IMG/VR virus record: IMGVR_UViG_3300031576_000058
Coordinates: 1 to 52,824 of that record
DNA from: a virus
Lineage: Duplodnaviria > Caudoviricetes
Reading direction: 5' to 3' (one strand)
Length of the DNA stretch: 52,824 nt
Shown: positions 36,701 through 45,534 of the stretch, piece after piece
Numbering within the stretch: position 1 is the stretch's first letter
Layout: each line of letters starts with the position of its first letter
Translations under genes and position numbers: made by a program
Notes under the pieces: model-generated
The model's input: only the letters and a program-made list of their open reading frames with translations
Database searches by the model: none
What the model was told of the DNA's origin: nothing

Positions 36701-39700
36701 CGCCCGTGAAGTAATACCGGAGCGGTATATAAGCGAAACGTAGCCCTCGGGTGTCTTGAGCTGCTGCCCGATGCGGACGAGGTGCTGCCCGTCCTCCACC
36801 CGGACCCCGATGAGATCGTGGGCCAGCTCCGGCACGAAGAATTGCGCCTCGCCCGCAGGAATCCGATGGGCTTTTTCGGCTACCCCTTTCGGAGTGGTCC
36901 TGAGAACGGTATAGACGCCAGAATCGATGATGACGTGGCCTTTCATGCCGGGGAGCATTGCACTAAAGGTCTCCGTCAACTGAACATCGCTATCAGAGGC
37001 AGAGGTCATCCCGCTCGGGTGGTTGTGGAGCATCCAGTACCCATCCGCCCCGAGCCGCTCCATCCGTCGCTTCATGCCCTCGATGGTTCTCGCAACATGC
37101 GTCTCCCTGGGCCCCCTTTGCAGAAAAGCCTCAGCCGACCCCGGCATCCGTGACGTAATACCCTCATGGGCGACGATCTTTCCTTCCTTGACATAGAAGA
37201 TTCGTAGCGTCTCGAATTGCGGGTTGCGGAACACCTGGGCCAGCCCTGCGAGGTCCTGGGCCGTGTGGACCGTCTGGCCCCGGAGGTCCACCCGTCCCTT
37301 TTGGTACAGCTCCCGGGTAATTCCGATGCCGAGGATTCTGGCGCCGGCCGCACCGGGAATCCCACGGGGCAGCTTTCCGGAGACCGTAGAGGCCCCTTGG
37401 ACCGACTGCTCCACGTCCGCGATGGCCTCCTGCGCTCGGACTAGATCGGATTCGGGGGAGTCGGGCCGTCTTTGGTAGAACGGCTTGGGTAGCGGCTCCT
37501 CCACGCGAGTCGGTGTCGGCGCCTTGACCTCGGGTGCCTTCGGGGGGAACCGCTCCAAGAGCCGCCCGATTTCCTGCTCCGGGATATGGAAGAAGTTGCC
37601 GGCTGGAGAGTATTTGGCCCCATGGCGGAGGAGCTGGTCGCGCTGGGCCATCTTGGCGTTCTCGATCTTGATAAGGCCATCCTGGCGCTGCCGCAGCTCG
37701 TACTGGTCCGCCCCCTCCAGTGGCACACGATCGCCAGCCTTCAGGGCCTCCATGACCTGCTCTGGCGTCTCCAGCCGCTCGCGGCCCAGCTTGTGACCGA
37801 AGTTCTCCGCCAGCATCGGCATGGTCCCGCGCCTAATCTCGAGGCCGGAGATTTGCCGGTCACCGGCATTGAAGGTGACGTAGCTCCGCTTCGGCACCTC
37901 TCCAGCCGCACCGTATTGTCCAACCACCCTGGCCAAAGGTAAATACCTAGCAATCCGATCCATGTGGGGAGTGATGAGGCCCTGGAGGATCCCAAATCGG
38001 TGTCCGCTCTCGTCCTTGACTTCGTGGAGGACCAGTTGTGGTTGGAGTTCCGTGGACCGGACGACCTCGCCCCGGTACTTCCGGGTCTTGGCAAACTCCT
38101 CCGCCTCCTCCTGCTCTGCCAGCAACGCCTTTCGCTTCTCCCAAAATCTATCGAACGCTTCGTTCGACGCTTCGAGCGGCATGAACTGGAGATCCAGCAA
38201 GAAATCTTTCAAGCTGGCCACCGTGGGGTCTTTCGGCAGATCCCGGTATTCGATCATGCCCTCGCGGGTGATGCCTTTCGCTTCCATGGGGGAAGGAGTC
38301 GGAAGTGATGGTGGTGGAGCCTCTGGCAATTCCGGCGTTACGGCCTTTTCTATCTTGCCCAATGCCACCTTCATCCAGTCAGGTTGATCTACTAGAACGT
38401 GCCGAGGTGCTTCGTATGGGGTGGCCTCTCCAGGAGTGACCATCCCCTGCTGCACATCTTTCCACTGTGGGGCGTTGAACACCTCGCCTTGTGGCAGATT
38501 TTGCACTAGCTCCATAATCTGATCCCGGTAGCCTTGAGCGATGCGTCCAATAGCACTCCTCGGGATCATCATTCTGTCTGCCATTCCCTCAAAGCCCGTG
38601 TCTATCCCTGGCTCACCGGCAGCTTTCTTTCTCAACCGGGAAGTGGCTGAGAAGAGGTCCTTGTGGTTGGCGTCCGGGAAAATCACTCGGACTGATCCCT
38701 TCTTCCCACGACCGATGAAGATGCTTCTCGCCGGGACGGCCTCAATAGCCTTGGTCGGAGGTGCGAGTTCCGGCTGTACCGCTGTCGGTGGCCTCTCGAA
38801 CAGTGGCGTCTCCTCGACGGGACGCACCTCGGCACCTTCGGGGGCACGGATCGGCTCTCTTGGGACCTCGCGGGGCGGGGCAAAGGTCATCTGGCCGGGG
38901 GTGAACGGCTCTTCGCGGATGGTAGGTGCTACTGGAGAGACCACGGGCTGAGGAACCTCTCCCGCTCTTATTTCCTCAGCCGACGGAATGTTGAGCTTTG
39001 ATCTCACGGACCGGATCATGGTCCGTGCGTCCGAGAGACCAATGTTGTTAAAGCCAAACTCTGGCTTCATCTGATCGAATACTTGGGCAGCGACAAGACC
39101 CTGCCTACTCAACTCAGAGATTCTGTCGGAGAGTCCCAGCCTTTGAGAAAGGGCAAACTGTCTGTCAATCTCCTCTTGGATATAATCTGGAACGGACTTC
39201 CTTGTGGCTTCCTCTGGTATTTGGGCAGGAGCGGGGGCTACTGCTGGTGCCACAGGAGCCGCCGGTGGCGGCGTCACCAACGCCTCGAGCCGCTCCGCCT
39301 CTTGGTCTCGCGCCAACTCCTCGAGCGCTCCCGAGAACCGCTCAAAGCCCACTTCGGTCGGCTCAAGGCCGGTCTCGACGTACATATCCCTTGCCTCGTC
39401 GGCAGTGATCCCAGCCTTCAGCCGATCAAGTATTTCCAGGTAGAGCGGATTCTCCTTGTCGCGGCGGATCGCCGCCACGATCTGAGACGGGCTGGCGGCA
39501 ATGCCTTGGAGCTCTGGGAAGAGTGACTTGAAGCCACCGACTCTCCGGTATTCTCCTGGCTCCCCCACCAGCTTGCCGGTCGGTGTGGCCTCAGAGACTT
39601 CCTGGAGGGCATCGGCAAGGCCAGTAGCCTTCCCCTCAGCAATCACGTCGATTGGACTCTTTTCCACAGCCTTTTCCACTGGTGGGGCTGCAGGAGGAGC

Positions 39701-41416
39701 GACGACGGGTGTGGGAGCGGCTTTTGCCTCAACCGCAGTCGGAGCGACACTGAGCACCTGGGCGCCCTTGGGGGTCCGGACGAGTTCGGGCGGCCTGGCC
39801 TCCCTTCCCTCCTGTTGCGAAAAGGACACAGCGGAGGTCAAATTGTCAAAGTGGACCTTGGCCCGTCCATCTGCCCAGACCACCTGGTAGGATTGTCCTC
39901 GTGGAGGCCTCTCAGGTAGGGCTGTAGGCGCAGGGGTAGGTGTTGGGGCGGCTTCTGGCCTGATCGCCTCAGGAGCGGCTGGTGGGCGCACAGGAGGAGC
40001 AGGTTTGGGGGTCGGCTCAGGCGGATCGGCAGGCCTCGGAGGGGCTTCAGTCGGAGTTGGCCCTATGGCTGTCCGGATTCCGGGCGACGAGGCCTCTTGG
40101 GCCGTGGCAGCAGATTGGGTGGCGAATGTCGCCTTCTGCAAGAGTGCATCGTTGAAGTTCTTGAGCTTCTCGGGATCCTTGGCGAGGTCCTGTCGGATGC
40201 GCTTGATGGTGTGGAGCTTGTTTTCTTGGGCCCACACCTCCTCGACCAGATCAGCAACCGTGCGTTCAGGGCTTTTGGACAGCTTCGCCCGCCATGTCTT
40301 GACTCCCTCACGGATCACGCTTGGGCGTGGCCCCTCCACCTGACGCCCAAAGAGCCCCAGCATCCCGATATGGAAGTCCCTCTCGAATGACTCGGCGTCC
40401 CGCTGCGAGTAGCCCATGTCGAGCAGGATGTGCTTGGCCGTGGCTCCCACCGCGATAAACGGCGAGGCCATGAGCCGCGTCCCTAGATCAAGCGCCTGCC
40501 AGGCCCAGATGAACGGTGTCCATCCGGCCCGCCGGATCCGGTAGGTAAACTCGTCCTCGTTCGGATAGCGGGGCATCTTGTTCGGGTCGATCGTGAAGGC
40601 TGGGCTTTCGGCAATGACTTGCAGGGTCTCGCGGATACCGCGGAGGCCCGGGCCGGCCGCTTCGGGCGGGATCTCGACCCCGGGCACCCCTTCAACGGCA
40701 CCGACGACATATGGCACTCCACGAGGTTCTTCCTGGGGTGCTGGAATAACCGTCCTTGTTCCACGACCCGGGGTCGGTGGAATCCCGAATGGATAGGCGG
40801 CCCGGAGGTCCTCCTCAGCCGCCAGATCAGGGGTTGGCGCCGGCACCATGCCGGGGATCCGCCCCATTTCTTCCCCGGTGGGGAGCGAGGCTATGCCGCG
40901 CTTTCCTGCCTCAAGCTGTCGGCCTACAGCCGCTTTGATGCGATCAAGGACAGATGGCTTCGGCGCGTCGGCGAAGGCCTGCTTGATAGAGTCTGTAGTC
41001 GTTTTCTTTTGGGACGGTTCGGTGAAGGCTTTGCGGATCTGATCGGACGTAATCTTTTTGGCTACGGTTCCTTCGGCCGCCTCTGCCTCTCTGGGCGAGA
41101 GGAGATTCAACATGTCCTTCATCCACGGCAGCTTGAATCGCTCTGGTTGGGGTTCGGGCTCAAAGGATGGGATGGGAAGATCGGCGCCTTCGTACTCTTT
41201 TATATTTGATGGGATAGTGAAGGCTGGAGGCTCGGCCTGCTGTTCGCCGCCGTTGCCACCATTGGGCTCAAGGAGGGTAAGGGGAGGCTCAGTGCTTGAA
41301 CGGGGTAATGCTTTGTAGCCAGGACCCAGAGAGCGCCGAAACTTCTCATAGAGAGCTTCCTCACCATGCTCCTCCGAGAAGAGGGACCGGAGGTGATCGG
41401 CGGTAATCTTGGCCAT
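33743..41416 (-). CDS. Giant DNA-ejection/polyvalent protein with JAB/RadC-like domain
   Basis: 2557 aa, last tail-module gene; E...HNHPSG...S..D motif; Pro/Ala-rich linker. Confidence 0.8.
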   Translation of the reverse strand: MAKITADHLRSLFSEEHGEEALYEKFRRSLGPGYKALPRSSTEPPLTLLEPNGGNGGEQQAEPPAFTIPSNIKEYEGADLPIPSFEPEPQPERFKLPWMKDMLNLLSPREAEAAEGTVAKKITSDQIRKAFTEPSQKKTTTDSIKQAFADAPKPSVLDRIKAAVGRQLEAGKRGIASLPTGEEMGRIPGMVPAPTPDLAAEEDLRAAYPFGIPPTPGRGTRTVIPAPQEEPRGVPYVVGAVEGVPGVEIPPEAAGPGLRGIRETLQVIAESPAFTIDPNKMPRYPNEDEFTYRIRRAGWTPFIWAWQALDLGTRLMASPFIAVGATAKHILLDMGYSQRDAESFERDFHIGMLGLFGRQVEGPRPSVIREGVKTWRAKLSKSPERTVADLVEEVWAQENKLHTIKRIRQDLAKDPEKLKNFNDALLQKATFATQSAATAQEASSPGIRTAIGPTPTEAPPRPADPPEPTPKPAPPVRPPAAPEAIRPEAAPTPTPAPTALPERPPRGQSYQVVWADGRAKVHFDNLTSAVSFSQQEGREARPPELVRTPKGAQVLSVAPTAVEAKAAPTPVVAPPAAPPVEKAVEKSPIDVIAEGKATGLADALQEVSEATPTGKLVGEPGEYRRVGGFKSLFPELQGIAASPSQIVAAIRRDKENPLYLEILDRLKAGITADEARDMYVETGLEPTEVGFERFSGALEELARDQEAERLEALVTPPPAAPVAPAVAPAPAQIPEEATRKSVPDYIQEEIDRQFALSQRLGLSDRISELSRQGLVAAQVFDQMKPEFGFNNIGLSDARTMIRSVRSKLNIPSAEEIRAGEVPQPVVSPVAPTIREEPFTPGQMTFAPPREVPREPIRAPEGAEVRPVEETPLFERPPTAVQPELAPPTKAIEAVPARSIFIGRGKKGSVRVIFPDANHKDLFSATSRLRKKAAGEPGIDTGFEGMADRMMIPRSAIGRIAQGYRDQIMELVQNLPQGEVFNAPQWKDVQQGMVTPGEATPYEAPRHVLVDQPDWMKVALGKIEKAVTPELPEAPPPSLPTPSPMEAKGITREGMIEYRDLPKDPTVASLKDFLLDLQFMPLEASNEAFDRFWEKRKALLAEQEEAEEFAKTRKYRGEVVRSTELQPQLVLHEVKDESGHRFGILQGLITPHMDRIARYLPLARVVGQYGAAGEVPKRSYVTFNAGDRQISGLEIRRGTMPMLAENFGHKLGRERLETPEQVMEALKAGDRVPLEGADQYELRQRQDGLIKIENAKMAQRDQLLRHGAKYSPAGNFFHIPEQEIGRLLERFPPKAPEVKAPTPTRVEEPLPKPFYQRRPDSPESDLVRAQEAIADVEQSVQGASTVSGKLPRGIPGAAGARILGIGITRELYQKGRVDLRGQTVHTAQDLAGLAQVFRNPQFETLRIFYVKEGKIVAHEGITSRMPGSAEAFLQRGPRETHVARTIEGMKRRMERLGADGYWMLHNHPSGMTSASDSDVQLTETFSAMLPGMKGHVIIDSGVYTVLRTTPKGVAEKAHRIPAGEAQFFVPELAHDLIGVRVEDGQHLVRIGQQLKTPEGYVSLIYRSGITSRAIEDVPVAKFLRGRELVDYVRARQREYGATSALSFYPEYKGEQAEAIKRAAQRYIDGGVILDHGIGVLEGGYTLGRLREGERLRLRAAEGARPAYRVSEPKADFGEEPQDEWAERLQEWQREGRAEERRVSGQGPKVIIQKPMKDYGWLSMIGTPSNVLRRYGPEAAAAIRALNLGEINQRIAFGRRMETDLEATGRIPKADFGKTGEVFWDIFEGKDIEAIEARTDISQETKEAARYFREKFDADRQLIIERMREDLRPAVEDRIDTKVREEIPIPEGKHRRTAEQLEEVRKRVAKETTEELQRMIPDEWGIDKYLPHIFPGDFRIFVKADEGMAFIGTARTRYEAMKRINEDHASNPERTAEMYVVDQRQFVNPDVVRVSRPRRWMVINRIADAMDIGAEDVSWAFKGVIGTKEGKKKWWGSLRHREGYPGFSQDLEWVLGIYNHGLTRWIHVTDARRAVQPLIDKVRKSGRSTLADELEANLNILWGYKSQTSQMLDNLLERIPGLSHFHRPFALERWTNRAKSLSAYLFLNLSPRFHFLNRLQTFQTLWPIVSTREFVNGRRLYLGKVTLESGEELIGKDLLEKHGVRFLAGGKFVGEAGPLKRFKMARFREQLRGLAPETFNQEVAFLTMYLKARKMGLEDAQAAEYAFLRGNIYSQFLGLRTDQPRALYRAMSTGLTAPVKSTIFQFRRFQIKNLELIADLLADKDFVGAGKWLGANIGIGGMKGLLNPLIAIAGGAYITLELYNRIKEEYGETIANLIAYGLPGLLGIDFSYSVQMVDVPRGQSVPEAIGNVALGPLGSLALAGGEAALGEEKGVVPEPAKRLISALRQRAPALRWTEGLRQIWEGDYDFRDPKGMLKFKGDLKDVLLNMAGFRSLTASEQDMILSAYVEVRKRRDAVIDRVVSLRAQQRLEGADVVLETSPGKDDIDRWNALYPEFPITSRDIRNRLRPRLRESQIPRAERRIHEGPKVFRKMMPARP

Positions 41417-41417
41417 A

Positions 41418-42785
41418 TCACTGGCTCAACTCTCTGGCGATTGCATCTTGCTGCTCCGGTGTCAGGTCCATGAACCGCTTCCCGTACTTACTTTGGGCGG
41501 CCTCATCGGCCCTCTTGCGGAGTTCGGCCTGCTGTTCGGGACTAGGCTGAGGCACTTCCCCGCCTTCCTCTTGCTCTTGCATCGCCTTCGAGATCAGCCG
41601 CCCGATGTTCTGGCTCATCTGCTTCTTCTGTTGCGACGTCAGGCCTTCCGTGATGAGCTCGATATTCGCCAGGGCCCCGGTCAGAGTCTTCAAGGGGATC
41701 TTCTTGCCACTCAACAGGTCGAGGCGTGTCTGTTTTAGGTCAATGTAGAGCTGGCGTTCCTCTTTAGGGATAGCCGCTCGCCTCCCACGCTCTACCGCCT
41801 CGGTCTTCCGCGCAGCCAGATCAATCTCGAGTTCCGACGCGACTTCCCGCGGGATCCGCCTGTTCGAGACCATATCGGCCGCCTGGCGCGGGAAGGAGAG
41901 TTCGATCTTGCGCCAGGCTTCCAGGGGCTTCATGCCGGATAATCGTAGTTGCGAGTAGGTCCGCGCGATGAGCCCCTCCGGACCCATCACGTTGGTCAGC
42001 ATGCCCGCCGTGATCTCCGCTCCCTTGGTCCGGAAGAACTTCGACTCGGCGCTCAGGACTTGGTCGATCATGTCGAGACGCTTCTGGCCGTCCTCGACAC
42101 CCCCCTCACCCAGCGAGAATAGGTTCTTCCCGAAGCGCTCCACGTCGCGCTGCATCGCACCGCGCTCGCGCTCCGTGTCGATGTAGGTCATGAACGGTCC
42201 GATATCCTTGGTCTCGCCGGACTCCACGAGGGCATGGTAGAACTGGCCCACGGCGTTGACCCGGTCCTCCGGTGTCTTGGCCTCTTTGAACAGCGTCATG
42301 GCATCCGAGGCTTTCTTGCGACCAGAGCGAGCCCGCTCCTCGGTTTCGATCTGCCGCGTCAGGTCGAGACCCCGGACGCCTGCCCGCTCTAGCCCAATGA
42401 GGGCCTCGGCCCCCCCGGGTTGCGTCAGGGCTTCACGGAGGGACCTTGGTGTAGCACCTGCCCCTGGGCCTCCAGGCGTCGATACCCCAGGGGTCACACC
42501 CACCTCCAGCCCGGTCGGTGCTGCCGGTTCCGATCCAGGAATGGGTGGAAGCCCCGCCGTAGTTCCTCCCGGTGCCAGCAGACGCCGAAGATTCTGTGGC
42601 GCTTGAGCAAGCAAGCCCTGTTGCTCCTGATACTGCTGCTGTGCCCTTCGTTCCGCCTCCTCCAACATCTGCAGGCGACGCCGCCGATCGGTCATGTCCT
42701 GCGATCGGAAATAGCTGTCGATCGCCGCCGGGATCCCCTTGGCGAGTCCGAGTTCGAGACCGGAGGGATAGGTCACGTCAGCCAT
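41418..42785 (-). CDS. Putative ejection (internal virion) protein
   Basis: 455-aa helical protein in the canonical podovirus position. Confidence 0.6.
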   Translation of the reverse strand: MADVTYPSGLELGLAKGIPAAIDSYFRSQDMTDRRRRLQMLEEAERRAQQQYQEQQGLLAQAPQNLRRLLAPGGTTAGLPPIPGSEPAAPTGLEVGVTPGVSTPGGPGAGATPRSLREALTQPGGAEALIGLERAGVRGLDLTRQIETEERARSGRKKASDAMTLFKEAKTPEDRVNAVGQFYHALVESGETKDIGPFMTYIDTERERGAMQRDVERFGKNLFSLGEGGVEDGQKRLDMIDQVLSAESKFFRTKGAEITAGMLTNVMGPEGLIARTYSQLRLSGMKPLEAWRKIELSFPRQAADMVSNRRIPREVASELEIDLAARKTEAVERGRRAAIPKEERQLYIDLKQTRLDLLSGKKIPLKTLTGALANIELITEGLTSQQKKQMSQNIGRLISKAMQEQEEGGEVPQPSPEQQAELRKRADEAAQSKYGKRFMDLTPEQQDAIARELSQ

Positions 42786-42788
42786 AAG

Positions 42789-43859
42789 CTATGCCCTGGG
42801 GGCGTACACGGTATTGTACCCTGGCGTCCCGCTATAATAGGACCCGCCGTAGCTCGGAGCGTAGCTGGGGAGGCCAGCCGAAAGCCCCCCCCCAAGAGCA
42901 CCGCCAAGAGCAGCGCCAAGCGGACCACCAAGCGCGGCGCCTCCTAGGGTAAGCAGGCCGCTCATTAGGCCACCCTGAGCCTGGGATTGGGCATTCTGGG
43001 CCTGGATCTGCGCGTTCATCACGGCGAGGTTCTGGGCGGCCCGTTGCTGATTCACGTTCGCCTGAAGCGATCGGTCGTAGTTATATTCCTGCGTGAGTTG
43101 CCCGAACTGGGGTGGGGTTTGGATATAATCCAGGCCCAACGACCCGAGACCACCGGCGAACTGATACGGGGAGACGTTCGGGACCCCGGCCAGTAAGCCT
43201 CGCCGGAGACCCAAGGTCCGCTCGGCGGCCGGAGAGAGGGTATATCCCACCCGGGCCGCCCGCTCGAGCTCGTACTGACCCGAGAGGTATTTCTCTTGCC
43301 CCTGGCGCTGGAGCATGTCCTGAAAGGCTGTGCTGTAGGGGCTGGAGAGCTGGTAGCCTGAGCCCAAGGCGCGGCGGAAACGTTCATCGAGGTCGCGCTG
43401 CTCCTGCAGATGACGCTGCGCCATCGCCGGATCGGTCGGGAGACCCCCTTCGAGGGCGGTCCGATACCTCTGCTGAAATCCCCGGCCGATCTCGAGCTGC
43501 CGTGCCGCCTCTTCGCCAGCGTAGTCCTCTGGGCTCAGGCCGGTGGCCCGCTGGAAGGCCGTCCGTTCCTGTTCGGTGCCCGCGAGACTCTCGGCCTGGA
43601 GGCCGCGGAGTCCGGTGAAGAGGCCGAGTTCGGACACCCCCGCCTGGGCCAAGAGGTCAGACAGGTCGATCCCGAGGGTTTCCTCGATCGCCTTTCTGGT
43701 GGCCTCTTGCTCGGACTGGAGCTTCCGGGCCCGCTCCAGGTTCTCCTGGTAGAGTTCCCGCCCGCCAGCCCGAACCTCTGTAAGCTCTGTGCTTGGAGGC
43801 GGCGCAGGAGGAACCGGCGGTAGACTAGGGATCTTGGGCTTTGTGAAGAAGCTGCTCAT
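42789..43859 (-). CDS. Putative ejection (pilot) protein
   Basis: Q/A-rich with Gly-zipper GGAALGGPLGAALGG. Confidence 0.65.
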   Translation of the reverse strand: MSSFFTKPKIPSLPPVPPAPPPSTELTEVRAGGRELYQENLERARKLQSEQEATRKAIEETLGIDLSDLLAQAGVSELGLFTGLRGLQAESLAGTEQERTAFQRATGLSPEDYAGEEAARQLEIGRGFQQRYRTALEGGLPTDPAMAQRHLQEQRDLDERFRRALGSGYQLSSPYSTAFQDMLQRQGQEKYLSGQYELERAARVGYTLSPAAERTLGLRRGLLAGVPNVSPYQFAGGLGSLGLDYIQTPPQFGQLTQEYNYDRSLQANVNQQRAAQNLAVMNAQIQAQNAQSQAQGGLMSGLLTLGGAALGGPLGAALGGALGGGLSAGLPSYAPSYGGSYYSGTPGYNTVYAPRA

Positions 43860-44314
43860 GTCTGGGCCTCAGCCATGCGATGCCACAGTGGGCTCCACTC
43901 GCGGTAGAGGACCCACCACGCCCATCGGGTCCCTTTCTTGTATCGGACAAAGTGCCATTGCTCGCAGAACTTGGTCAGGCGCAGGACGTTCTTCGCCTTC
44001 CGGTCCAGTCGGGTCAAGATGCAGGGCACCCCGCGCCGCCAAGCCTCCTCGACGAAGCGGTCAAAGAGGTCCGCCAGAATCTTCCGGCGCCGCGCCGTCC
44101 AGAAGCCGGACCGGACCGCGAGGTGTTCCACGATATGGTGCTCGTCGATCTTCGCCATGCTGACGAAAGCAAAGGGCACCCCCTTGTCCTCGATGAGAAC
44201 TATCCATTGCGTGTGATCGGTCCGGAACTCGCCCGGGACGCCGTGTGCCTCGACGATCGCCTGGGCCTTCGGGTGCGGAAGTTCATCCCGATCTATGACT
44301 AGGAAATTACTCAA
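43856..44314 (-). CDS. GNAT-like protein
   Basis: IVEHLAV..., position between fibre and ejection genes. Confidence 0.45.
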   Translation of the reverse strand: MSNFLVIDRDELPHPKAQAIVEAHGVPGEFRTDHTQWIVLIEDKGVPFAFVSMAKIDEHHIVEHLAVRSGFWTARRRKILADLFDRFVEEAWRRGVPCILTRLDRKAKNVLRLTKFCEQWHFVRYKKGTRWAWWVLYREWSPLWHRMAEAQT

Positions 44315-45534
44315 TGTTTGATAATCCAGTGCATGGTGATGTACGGCTGCAAGTTGTTGTGGGCACCGCCACCGCCAGTGGAGCTGGTAGCAAGGGCGTT
44401 CCCTATGCCCATAAGACCGCTACCAGCGGCCCCACCCGCAACGGGATCGGTGCCAGATAGATGGGTGTGGGCAGGCATCTCGGCGATGGTAAGTGTATGC
44501 GTCTTTGCGCCGCCAGTTTCCCCAAGCACGTCAAACTCAGTCTGTACCGCATCCAGGCCTACGGGGATTCGGCCTTTCAGGTTTGGCAGGTTGAACGTCG
44601 TGCTGCCGTCGCCAGTCCCGTAGGTCGTACCAATGACGGCGAACAGGCCCGAGTAGGTCGTCCGGCTGACGGCAGTGCCATCGGTCAAGAGCCATCCCGA
44701 GGGGACAACTCCTGAGTGTCCGGCGAAGACCAGCATGGAGCCGGTGGGGGTCGCCGACGACGCCCAGACGAGCGTTCCGGATCCGGTGGTCTGCGTGGTG
44801 AGGACGTCGCCAGCATTGCCCGTGGTCGGAGGCAAGAAGTAGGTGGCTTCGCTGGTGGCGTGGGAGGCCTGGATGCGCGTGCCAAGGCTGCTCGTCGCAT
44901 GGTAGAGGATGATCTGGCTGGTCCGGGTCGTGGGATGCCCCACGAGCAGATCCGTGGCCCAATCCATGACTCCGGTCGAGGCTGCCCGGAGGTAGTTGTT
45001 CTGGTTGGAGGGCGCGGTCGTCGGCCAGATGTAGGTGACGCTGGCCAAGGCATGCCCCGCCTGAAAGCGGGTCTGGAAGGTCGTGCCCGCGTGCTCGAAG
45101 ATGAGTTTGTTCGTGCGGCTGGTCTGGTGACCGATGGTGAGGTCGCCGACGAGCCTTAACGGATTGTCATTCAACGTGAAGGGAGGATCCTGGTACCAGT
45201 ACGTGTTGCCGGTGATCCCGGCAATGACGAACCGGAGGCGCTCGATCTCGCCGGCCAAGGAGGTAGCCAGGCTCTCCCCCCCACCCGGGAAGGGATCAAC
45301 CTGGTTCCGCATCTGCGTGACGTTGGAGCTGTAATCATCCACGCAGTTCGGGGTATCGTTCGTGACGCCGACCGTGGCAAAGGAGTTATTAAGGTCGGAA
45401 GCGGTGAGGATCTCGTTCGTGGCCCACGTCTTAAACACCGAACAATTCCCTGCGGGCCAGAGGGTCCAGGGCATGGCCAGCAGGAGTAGGCCAGCGAGGA
45501 CGATGCCAACAATACCGATATCGCGCCGACTCAT
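44311..45534 (-). CDS. Tail fibre with collar domain and N-terminal signal-like leader
   Basis: PSGWLLTDG...LFAVIGTTYG.GDGSTTFNLPNL; KTW..NEILTASDLN. Confidence 0.85.
   Translation of the reverse strand: MSRRDIGIVGIVLAGLLLLAMPWTLWPAGNCSVFKTWATNEILTASDLNNSFATVGVTNDTPNCVDDYSSNVTQMRNQVDPFPGGGESLATSLAGEIERLRFVIAGITGNTYWYQDPPFTLNDNPLRLVGDLTIGHQTSRTNKLIFEHAGTTFQTRFQAGHALASVTYIWPTTAPSNQNNYLRAASTGVMDWATDLLVGHPTTRTSQIILYHATSSLGTRIQASHATSEATYFLPPTTGNAGDVLTTQTTGSGTLVWASSATPTGSMLVFAGHSGVVPSGWLLTDGTAVSRTTYSGLFAVIGTTYGTGDGSTTFNLPNLKGRIPVGLDAVQTEFDVLGETGGAKTHTLTIAEMPAHTHLSGTDPVAGGAAGSGLMGIGNALATSSTGGGGAHNNLQPYITMHWIIKH

Noticed and set aside
44311-45534. Diversity-generating retroelement target
   Set aside because: No reverse transcriptase and no template/variable repeat pair were noticed.
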